A stretch of DNA of 64,000 bases from Nostoc sp. DedSLP01 (GTDB lineage Bacteria > Cyanobacteriota > Cyanobacteriia > Cyanobacteriales > Nostocaceae), in the NCBI GenBank assembly GCA_034530875.2, contig JAVRCJ020000021.1, forward strand, positions 84,499 through 148,498, given 5' to 3'. The position numbers and the translations under genes were made by a program. Below are positions 1 through 7,672 of the stretch, in pieces. How positions within the stretch are numbered: the stretch's first letter is position 1; the number at the start of each line of letters is the position of its first letter. The notes below the pieces were generated by a model. It had not been told where the DNA came from and did not search any database. It saw only the letters and a list, made by a program, of their open reading frames with translations.

Positions 1-1611
1 CAGTCAAAGTTTAATAATGTTTCTCCCAGTCGCTCAACAATTTACTCTCGCATCAACCTTGCGAAAAGTTTAGTGAAACTGGGAACTCAAGAAAACACTG
101 CATCTGCTAAACTACTGGCAACAGCAATTCAAGAAGCTGAAAATTTAAGCGATCGCCAAGCACAGTCTTATGCTTTGGGTTATCTAGGCGGACTCTACGA
201 ACAAACCGAGCAGTGGTCAAATGCTCAAGATTTAACCCAGCAGGCTTTGCAAATAGCTCAAGCCATTAATGCGCCACATATTGCTTATCAATGGCAATGG
301 CAATTAGGACGGATTTTAAAAGCCCAAGGTGCAATCAAGCAAGCAACATCAGCTTATGAAGTCGCCTTTACAACATTAAAATCTCTGCGCAGCGATTTAG
401 TGGCGATTAACAGTGACATTCAATTTTCCTTCCGGGAAGCTGTAGAGCCTGTATATCGCGAATACGTACAATTACTTTTAAATCAAGATCCTAGCCAGGA
501 GCAACTAAAACAAGCGCGTCAAGTAATTGAATCGCTACAATTAGCAGAACTTGACAACTTTTTTCGTTCAGCTTGTCTCCAAGGACAGATAGTACCGATT
601 GACCAAATTCAACAGTCGGCAGCAGCAGTCATTTATCCCATCATTTTGCCAGACCGACTAGAGGTAATTCTCAGTTTACCTCAGCAAGGACTACGCCACT
701 ATGCCACGAAAATAAGCCAAGCTGAAGTAGAAGAAGTCATACAGCAACTCAGAGAAAATTTAGAAAAACCCTTCACAACTCCTGAGGGAAAATTATTATC
801 TACAAAAGTTTATGACTGGTTAATTCGCCCTGTGGAAGCAGAACTAGCTGAAAATGAGGTGAAAACATTGGTTTTTGTCTTAGATGGTGCATTGCGGAAC
901 GTGGCGATCGCAGCTTTGTATGATGGTAATAATTATTTGGTAGAAAAATACAGCATAGCCCTAACACCCGGCTTAGAGCTATTAGGGCCGCGTCCTTTGC
1001 GTCAAAGCAAGCTAAAAACTTTGGCTGCTGGACTCACAGAAGCACGACATGGATTTACTTCCTTACCAAATGTCAGCGACGAATTAAAAACAATTGAGTC
1101 GGAAGTCCCTAGCGAAGTTCTCCTGAATCAGACATTTACTAGTTCAGCGCTACGAAAACTCATTGACTCAGTACCGTTTTCTGTGGTGCACCTAGCAACT
1201 CACGGTCAATTTAGTTCCAATGCCGATGAAACCTTTGTGTTGGCTTGGGATAAACCAATTAAACTCAACGAATTAAAAGACTTGCTTCGCAGCAGAGAGC
1301 AAACTACACCTGAGCCAATTGAATTACTCGTTCTTAGTGCTTGCGAAACTGCCGATGGAGACAAACGCGCCGCTTTAGGGCTGGCTGGTATGGCAATTCA
1401 AGCAGGCGCACGCAGTACCTTAGCCTCTCTTTGGAGTTTAGATGATGAATCTGGCGCGCGTCTAATTAGCCAATTTTATAAAGAGCTAGCGACTAAGCAA
1501 GTGACAAAGGCAGAAGCTTTGCGACAAGCGCAACTCTCACTGTTAAAAGACCCAGATTATCGCCATCCGGTGCATTGGGCGGCTTACGTTTTGCTGGGAA
1601 ATTGGCTGTAG
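1..1611 (+). CDS. TPR + CHAT (caspase-like) domain protein, 5'-partial
   Basis: Frame is open from base 1. TPR-like helices (SYALGYLGGLYE, YQWQWQLGRIL) are followed by CHAT motifs VHLATHGQF (His), LVLSACET (Cys), ASLWS and HWAAYVLLGNWL. Confidence 0.9.
   Translation, partial: QSKFNNVSPSRSTIYSRINLAKSLVKLGTQENTASAKLLATAIQEAENLSDRQAQSYALGYLGGLYEQTEQWSNAQDLTQQALQIAQAINAPHIAYQWQWQLGRILKAQGAIKQATSAYEVAFTTLKSLRSDLVAINSDIQFSFREAVEPVYREYVQLLLNQDPSQEQLKQARQVIESLQLAELDNFFRSACLQGQIVPIDQIQQSAAAVIYPIILPDRLEVILSLPQQGLRHYATKISQAEVEEVIQQLRENLEKPFTTPEGKLLSTKVYDWLIRPVEAELAENEVKTLVFVLDGALRNVAIAALYDGNNYLVEKYSIALTPGLELLGPRPLRQSKLKTLAAGLTEARHGFTSLPNVSDELKTIESEVPSEVLLNQTFTSSALRKLIDSVPFSVVHLATHGQFSSNADETFVLAWDKPIKLNELKDLLRSREQTTPEPIELLVLSACETADGDKRAALGLAGMAIQAGARSTLASLWSLDDESGARLISQFYKELATKQVTKAEALRQAQLSLLKDPDYRHPVHWAAYVLLGNWL
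149..156. repeat. HIP1 octamer GCGATCGC (one example of many copies across the window)
   Basis: The palindromic octamer recurs throughout coding and non-coding DNA, a cyanobacterial hallmark. Confidence 0.95.
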
Positions 1612-1669
1612 TAAAAATAATTTTTTATATCACGCAGAGTCGCACAGGCAAGGCAGCGACGGGTACGCA

Positions 1670-1696
1670 GGGGGTTTCCCCCATGAGCGACTGCCG
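1670..1696 (+). repeat. Small dispersed repeat (second copy at 46259-46285)
   Basis: GGGGGTTTCCCCCAYGAGCRACTGCCG, 25/27 identical between the two loci. Confidence 0.75.
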
Positions 1697-1797
1697 CGCA
1701 AAGAAGAGAACGCAAAGAAGGACTTTTGCAAGAGGTCTAATGAGCGTGGCGCGTCTGAATCCTCCACGCTCAAGATTGCTGAATTCTGTATTCTTCT

Positions 1798-2190
1798 TTA
1801 TGTCGTCTTTGTAGCGCCGGGTTTTGCATCTGCGTTTGATTTTAACCGCGTGATGAGAGCTTTACGAACGCGATCGCTTTTCCTTACCGCACCTGCTAGT
1901 TCGTATTCCCGGCTATCTTTGCCATACTTTGACGCTACACCACTAACTAAGCGTTCTGAAGTCTCGCGCATGTTCTTTTCCAGGGCTTCTATTTTCCCCT
2001 TTGCCGAATCGAGGGTGTTTAGTAACTGATTATATTGCTTGAGTTCGTTACGTAGTTCCGCAGTTAACTCGTTCAAATACTGCAAACTGACAGAATCACC
2101 AAAATCGAGGCTAGGATCGATTGATTGCAACCCGATTGTCTGCTGTTCTATTTTTTCGAGTACGGAAGAAGTTTTTTTGGGGCGTGGCAT
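1798..2190 (-). CDS. Conserved-looking hypothetical helical/coiled-coil protein (~130 aa)
   Basis: Likely start MPRPKK at 2190. Motifs SIDPSLDFG and KYGKDSREYELAGAVRKS resemble a cyanobacterial hypothetical family. Confidence 0.7.
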   Translation of the reverse strand: MPRPKKTSSVLEKIEQQTIGLQSIDPSLDFGDSVSLQYLNELTAELRNELKQYNQLLNTLDSAKGKIEALEKNMRETSERLVSGVASKYGKDSREYELAGAVRKSDRVRKALITRLKSNADAKPGATKTT

Positions 2191-2334
2191 CAATACATAC
2201 CTTTTGCTTAACTTTATTCTTCTAGCGTCTCTCAAAAATATAAGTAGTTGGTTCAGTGAAAATAGCCAAAATCAAGCATTTTTTCCCAAAAAAATTTAAT
2301 GAATAGTTCAGTAATTGCCGTAAAATAATTTACT

Positions 2335-2553
2335 TTGTTAACCAAAGTGCTTGGTTTGTTAAACAAAGTGTTTGTCTTGTTAACGAAAGTGCTTGGTTTA
2401 TTAAACAAAGTGCTTGCCTTGTTAACCAAAGTGCTTAGTTTATTAAACAAAGTGTTTGTCTTGTTAACGAAAGTGCTTGGTTTGTTAAACAAAGTGCTTG
2501 CCTTGTTAATCAAAGTGCTTAGTTTATTAACCAAAGTGCTTGCCTTGTTAAAC
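2335..2553. repeat. Tandem array of ten 21-bp units plus a partial unit
   Basis: Unit TTRTTAAHSAAAGTGYTTRBY in exact 21-bp register from 2335 to 2544, then a partial TTGTTAAAC. Confidence 0.95.
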
Positions 2554-2648
2554 AGCGATCGCACATATTATCTGTTAGCTTAAAATTACGGCATTGCTTT
2601 TATTACACCGTTTTTCATCTATTTGAACCACTTGAACCACAATTTTCG

Positions 2649-2860
2649 GTAGGGGCTTTACAGCGTTCAAACTCTTGCCCCACAATCGTTTTACCCCACC
2701 CCCAACCCCTCCCCTTGGCAAGGGGAGGGGCGATTTTGGCTTTAGACAAAATCGGGGTGGGGTAACGCGGATTTTGATGGTAAGTGAGATAGCTGAATAT
2801 CACATCTTTACAAGGGTTTCGCGTTAAGTTGACACCAATGCACAGCTGTAAAGCCCCTAC
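2649..2860. mobile_element. REP-like palindrome split by a nested MITE-like insert
   Basis: Perfect 16-bp inverted repeat GTAGGGGCTTTACAGC (2649-2664) / GCTGTAAAGCCCCTAC (2845-2860). The insert ends TTAAGTTGACACCAATG, and ACAGC is duplicated at both junctions. Confidence 0.65.
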
Positions 2861-2991
2861 AACGTGGTCTACTCAACTGAAAACTGCTGTAGGGACACAA
2901 AACCAGTTTTTCTCTTGCCCTCTGCCTCCCTCGCGAAGCGAGATAAACTCCAGTAAATGGGTTGCTAAAAAATTTTTTTGGCTTTGTTGTG

Positions 2992-3030
2992 ATTTGAGTG
3001 CATAAACCTCAAAAGTGAAACGTGTAACTC
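2992..3030 (+). promoter_or_regulatory. Shared upstream motif, copy 1 (candidate promoter/operator)
   Basis: ATTTGAGTGCATAAACCTCAAAAGTGAAACGTGTAACTC, 36/39 identical to 5507-5545, ending 63 bp before the RTX gene start. Confidence 0.7.
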
Positions 3031-3093
3031 AGCAAGAAGTTCAAAGGCTAACACCAGACTTCATTACACACACAACACGAGGTTTATAGGAAT

Positions 3094-5211
3094 ATGGGAA
3101 TTTATACTGGCGACAACGGCAATAATATCTTTCTGGGAACTAATGGTGAATCTTGGACACTCAACGGACAAGATGGCAATGACAATCTAACTGGTGCAGA
3201 TCGAGACGACCTAATTACTGGTGGAGCTGGTAACGACAATTTGCTTGGTGCTGCTGGTAATGATTATCTTTATGGTAATGCTGGCTATGACTACTTGTAT
3301 GGTAACGGCGGCGATGACAAGTTAATTGACGAAGATGGTTATGTAGATGGTGGTGCAGGCATTGATACGCTAGTAGCTAACTACGGTGCCTACGGAAGTC
3401 CCAGTCTTGGTGTAATCGTAGGATCTGATAGTATCACCAATATTTACCCAGGATTCTTAGGACTCAAGTTCACTAATATTGAAAAATTTCTCATCATAGG
3501 CTCACAATTGCTAGATACCCTGCGTGGTGGTGCTAATAGTGATAGCCTGTATGGTGAAGGTGGTAACGATCGAATTGAAGGTGGCGCTGGTCTTGATTAT
3601 CTTTATGGTGGCGCTGGTGATGATACCGTAATTGATACAGATGGTTCTGTAGATGGTGGTGCAGGTATTGACACATTAATAGCCAACTACAGTGTGTTGA
3701 ATAATGGTGCTGGTGTAGAAATGAAACCAAGCGCTATTGTTAACCGGGCGAATAATAATCCACTACTCAATTATACTAATTTTGAGAAATTTAACGTTAC
3801 AGGCACACAATACGCAGATATTCTGCGTGGTGGTGCTAGCAGTGATATCCTTAAAGGCGGTGCTGGTAAAGATCAAATTGAGGGTGGCGCTGGCTTTGAT
3901 TATCTTTATGGTGAGGCTGGGGATGATACCTTAATCGATACAGATGGTTCTGTAGATGGTGGTGCAGATGTTGACACACTAGTAGCCAACTACGCTGATT
4001 TGAATAGTGGTGCTGGCGTACACGTAGGATATTTGGGACAAAGTGCCATTTTCAGCCGGCAAACAGGATTATCACTACTCAATTACACTAGTATTGAACA
4101 ATTTAACATCACAGGTACACAATACGCAGATGTCTTAAGCGGCGGTGCTAAGGGTGATACCCTCAAAGGCGGTGCTGGTAACGATCAAATTGAGGGTGGC
4201 GCTGGCTATGATTATCTTTATGGTGAAGCTGGGGATGATACTATTATTGATTCAGATGGTCTTGGTTATGTAGATGGTGGTGCAGGTTTTGACACATTAA
4301 TAGCTGACTACACTAATTTAAATAATGGTGCTGGTGTAGACGTGAGAGAAAATGGCATCTTTAGCCGCCTGAATAATAATCCACTACTTAGTTACACTGG
4401 TATTGAAAAACTCGATATCACAGGCACACAATACGCAGACACTCTCCGTGGTGGTGCTGGCAATGATTTCCTCTACGGCGCTGCTGGCAACGATAGCCTC
4501 AATGGCGGTGCTGGCAATGATATCCTCAAAGGCGGTACTGGCAATGATACCCTCAACGGCGGTAGTGGCTATGATGTTGTTAACTATGAAGGAAATTATA
4601 CAGACTATGCAATCTCTTTTCTGAGCAATGGCGATTTACAAGTAATTGATAAGGTCACTACTAATGGTAACGAAGGTATCGATATTCTCAGTGGTGTAGA
4701 ATTCATTACTGCACAAGACGGAAATTTTGCAGTCCTTACAGGTGGTACAGGCAATGATGTGCTAACGGTGGTAGCACCAAACTATTGGGCTTTCCTCTTC
4801 GGTGGTGACGGAGCCGATAGCCTAACTGGTGGAACTGGCTACGATAACCTCACTGGCGGCAATGGTAATGATACTTTAGTAGGTGGCAATGGTAATGATA
4901 CTCTAGTAGGCGGTGCTGGCAACGATATTCTTAATGGTGGTGCTGGCAATGATATTCTTACTGGCGGTTTAGGTGCAGATAAATTTGTGTTTAACTCGAA
5001 GGTAGAAGGCTTAGACATCATCAAAGACTTTAGTATGGTTGAAGGTGACAAGATTCAGATTTCTAAAGCTGGTTTTGGTGGTATCGCTGACTTCAAGAAT
5101 TTCAGCTACAACGATGCTACTGGTGCTTTGTTGTTCCAAGGAACTCAATTCGCCACCATTGAGAATAAGCCTGCTAATTTTGCAATCAGTACAGATATTC
5201 AGCTTGTTTAA
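3094..5211 (+). CDS. RTX / hemolysin-type calcium-binding repeat protein (likely secreted)
   Basis: Many GGxGxDxL nonapeptides, internal ~100-aa repeats, and a C-terminal GADKFVFN...DIIKDF motif typical of these proteins. Confidence 0.9.
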   Translation: MGIYTGDNGNNIFLGTNGESWTLNGQDGNDNLTGADRDDLITGGAGNDNLLGAAGNDYLYGNAGYDYLYGNGGDDKLIDEDGYVDGGAGIDTLVANYGAYGSPSLGVIVGSDSITNIYPGFLGLKFTNIEKFLIIGSQLLDTLRGGANSDSLYGEGGNDRIEGGAGLDYLYGGAGDDTVIDTDGSVDGGAGIDTLIANYSVLNNGAGVEMKPSAIVNRANNNPLLNYTNFEKFNVTGTQYADILRGGASSDILKGGAGKDQIEGGAGFDYLYGEAGDDTLIDTDGSVDGGADVDTLVANYADLNSGAGVHVGYLGQSAIFSRQTGLSLLNYTSIEQFNITGTQYADVLSGGAKGDTLKGGAGNDQIEGGAGYDYLYGEAGDDTIIDSDGLGYVDGGAGFDTLIADYTNLNNGAGVDVRENGIFSRLNNNPLLSYTGIEKLDITGTQYADTLRGGAGNDFLYGAAGNDSLNGGAGNDILKGGTGNDTLNGGSGYDVVNYEGNYTDYAISFLSNGDLQVIDKVTTNGNEGIDILSGVEFITAQDGNFAVLTGGTGNDVLTVVAPNYWAFLFGGDGADSLTGGTGYDNLTGGNGNDTLVGGNGNDTLVGGAGNDILNGGAGNDILTGGLGADKFVFNSKVEGLDIIKDFSMVEGDKIQISKAGFGGIADFKNFSYNDATGALLFQGTQFATIENKPANFAISTDIQLV

Positions 5212-5254
5212 AATTCTCTACAGATTAGTCTAAAAATTTAATCATATCAATTAT

Positions 5255-5285
5255 CAGCCCTTACTTTGGTGAAGGGCTGGTTTTT
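5255..5285 (+). terminator. Intrinsic terminator of the RTX gene
   Basis: CAGCCCTT...AAGGGCTG stem followed by a T tract. Confidence 0.65.
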
Positions 5286-5414
5286 ACATTTAGGGAAAAG
5301 AAGCTGGCAGATAAGGAACACAGAGGCAGGAAGCTTTTTTATCATCTCCCTATCCCCTTCTCCCTATTCCTAGTAGACATCTCCATAAATTAACTCTACG
5401 TTACCCAAAACCCA

Positions 5415-5445
5415 TGTAGAGACGTAGCAATGCTACGTCTCTACA
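5415..5445. repeat. REP-like palindrome (GTAGAGACG family)
   Basis: TGTAGAGACGTAGCAATGCTACGTCTCTACA, with related copies near 12685, 22037, 30467 and 35378. Confidence 0.8.
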
Positions 5446-5506
5446 TTGATTTTCACTCCTATGTCTAATAGACATCTCCAAAAAAAAAATTTTTCGGTTC
5501 ATTGCT

Positions 5507-5545
5507 ATTTGAGTGCATAAAGTTCAAAAGTCAAACGTGTAACTC
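5507..5545 (+). promoter_or_regulatory. Shared upstream motif, copy 2
   Basis: ATTTGAGTGCATAAAGTTCAAAAGTCAAACGTGTAACTC. Like copy 1 it is preceded by an A-tract/T-tract, and it lies upstream of the secreted repeat protein. Confidence 0.7.
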
Positions 5546-5851
5546 TGTGGAGGGTAAAGTAAATAATCCCAACCAACAAACTGGAGGTTGGAGTCATCGA
5601 AACTACTTTAAATACTCTCCACCAAAGTTGAAGCTAGGGAGTTATTATTTCTGCTCCATGCAGATGTGTATTGGTAGTAAATCATCAGCACTATGAACAA
5701 TTTAACTACTAATTTTGCCTAGCTCAACAGCAAGTCAGTTTATCAACAATTATACCGTTAACTACTCAACACAGAAACCTAAAACATGACTACTAATTAC
5801 ACTTCTAAGTCTGCTTTTTCATCTCAACAATCTACTCGTAAGGAAAAATTT

Positions 5852-6490
5852 ATGTCCCGCAAACCATTAAGTTTAATTGCAACACTGATTGGTGTTAGCG
5901 TACCAGTATTTTCATTAAATTTTGCTCAACCTGCAATGGCACAAGATTACACTAATTGCAGAAAAGTTGATGGCGTAAATGTATGTGCCCAAAAAACATT
6001 TGCTGGTTACGAACTTTATGCCAGTAATCCTTCTCAACCAAGCCAAAATCCCAACGCTTTAGGTCAATACCAATTGTTTTGGGATGGAGTGCAAGTTGGT
6101 ATGGAACCGAGTTGGACACTGCAACAAGCGATCGCTAATTTAGAATTTAATAAGAAAAGCTATCCTAACAAGAAAGTTGAAGGCTTATTTAACGGTCAAA
6201 AAGTCGGCTACGAATTACTCTGGGATGGCGTGCGAGTAGGGTTTGAACCCGGTTGGACATTGCAACAAGCGATCGCTAATTTAGAATTTAATAAGAAAAG
6301 CTATCCCAACAAGAAAGTTGAAGGCTTATTTAACGGTCAAAAAGTCGGCTACGAATTACTCTGGGATGGCGTGCGAGTAGGGTTTGAGCCAGGTTGGACA
6401 CTGCAACAAGCGATCGCTAATTTAGAATTTAATAAGCAAAGCTATCCCAATAAGAAAGTTGAAGGCTTATTCAACGGTAAACAACTGTAA
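5852..6490 (+). CDS. Secreted protein with three 46-aa tandem repeats
   Basis: AAGGA RBS before ATG 5852 (ORF extends to 5786). Signal peptide ends AQPAMA. Repeat unit YELLWDGVRVGFEPGWTLQQAIANLEFNKKSYPNKKVEGLFNGQKVG. Confidence 0.8.
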   Translation: MSRKPLSLIATLIGVSVPVFSLNFAQPAMAQDYTNCRKVDGVNVCAQKTFAGYELYASNPSQPSQNPNALGQYQLFWDGVQVGMEPSWTLQQAIANLEFNKKSYPNKKVEGLFNGQKVGYELLWDGVRVGFEPGWTLQQAIANLEFNKKSYPNKKVEGLFNGQKVGYELLWDGVRVGFEPGWTLQQAIANLEFNKQSYPNKKVEGLFNGKQL

Positions 6491-6515
6491 TCAAAATTGA
6501 TGCGATAATCAATAA

Positions 6516-6549
6516 AAAACAGCCCTAGTAAAATTACTAGGGCTGTTTT
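6516..6549. terminator. Bidirectional terminator-like hairpin
   Basis: AAAACAGCCCTAGTAA / TTACTAGGGCTGTTTT inverted repeat between convergent genes. Confidence 0.75.
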
Positions 6550-6798
6550 AATGTACTGAAAAAATTGCCTTATATAGCAAGTAACTATGGACTGGAGAGA
6601 AAATAAATGTAGCGACTGTCTTGAAAGTCAAGACAGTCGCTACACCTGCTAATGATAAGTACTCAACTGGACATCATATAAAACTCATATTTGAATTCTG
6701 AAAAAAATCAGTACACCCAAACAAGACTTCTTTCCTACTCCCCACTCCCTACTCCCTGTCTACGCAAGTAAATTCACAAATCAAACCAGATTCCTATA

Positions 6799-7581
6799 TT
6801 ATTTAGCAACACAACAAGATGCGATCGCATCTGTACCAACCTGAACTAAATTAACTTGTTTGAGTAGCTCAATCCAAGCTGATGCAATTTTTGGATCTTT
6901 GTCTTTGGTATTTTGTAAACTTTCTCCTAAACTTGTTAAAGCATCAAACCAAACACCATGTTGTGCAAAAAAACTTGCTTTTGCTAATGGTGTTTTAGCT
7001 GCTGCAAGTTGTTGTTGCCATGATGGGCTGATAGCTACTTGTGTCATTGAACCTTGCACGTAAACAGCAGATGACGCCTTATCAGGATCGCAATAAATCG
7101 AAAAAGTCCAACGATAAGATTTACCAGCAATTAAGGGTTTTGTAGGTTGTACGGGTATGCTAAAAATTCCCGATCGCGTTTCTGGTGGATTAAATTTTGT
7201 ATGATAAACGTAATTATCTGCTTCGTCTTGAATTACAAATTCTATAGGGAGTTTGGGTGTTAATTTATCAGGGACAAAAAACCAAAATGTCGGGGTTTGA
7301 GATGCCGATTGTCCCCATACTAAATCTTTATTTCCTGTCTTAGTTATAGGTACTAAAGCTGTCAGCGTTTCATACTGCTTACAGGAACCACGACTACCTC
7401 CACCTCTACGCCTACCTGTGGGTTCTCCTGGCTTTTCCTGCGCTCTTGGTGCAATATATGTGATTTTGCCTGTAGGTGTTAGGGTTTGAGCCTGTACATA
7501 CCAATTTCCAGATGGGTTAAAAATACTCAAGGTAAGCGCAGATATCAGGGTGGTAGTATGAAACCAAAGTACCTTTTTCAT
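6799..7581 (-). CDS. DUF928 domain protein (exported)
   Basis: Signal-like N-terminus plus family motifs RRRGGGSRG.C, PTFWFFVP, YRWTFSIYC, GVWFDAL and W.ELL.QV.L. Confidence 0.85.
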   Translation of the reverse strand: MKKVLWFHTTTLISALTLSIFNPSGNWYVQAQTLTPTGKITYIAPRAQEKPGEPTGRRRGGGSRGSCKQYETLTALVPITKTGNKDLVWGQSASQTPTFWFFVPDKLTPKLPIEFVIQDEADNYVYHTKFNPPETRSGIFSIPVQPTKPLIAGKSYRWTFSIYCDPDKASSAVYVQGSMTQVAISPSWQQQLAAAKTPLAKASFFAQHGVWFDALTSLGESLQNTKDKDPKIASAWIELLKQVNLVQVGTDAIASCCVAK

Positions 7582-7672
7582 AATAGAAATTAATTAGCGA
7601 TCGCCAAAGTAACTTATTAGGATTTTTAATTTTTGAGGATTAACACCTAATTTATTACTACACTTCACTTGC

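Noticed and set aside
2335..2553. 21-bp array as a CRISPR
   Set aside because: Units are contiguous with no unique spacers.
2253..2583. ORFs of 103 aa (-) and 82 aa (+) across the 21-bp array
   Set aside because: The open frames follow automatically from a stop-free 21-bp unit, and there is no RBS or homology evidence. Kept only as a hypothesis in findings.
6060..6480. 138-bp near-identical repeats as a DGR template/variable pair
   Set aside because: They are in-frame tandem coding repeats, differences are not adenine-specific, and there is no reverse transcriptase in the window.
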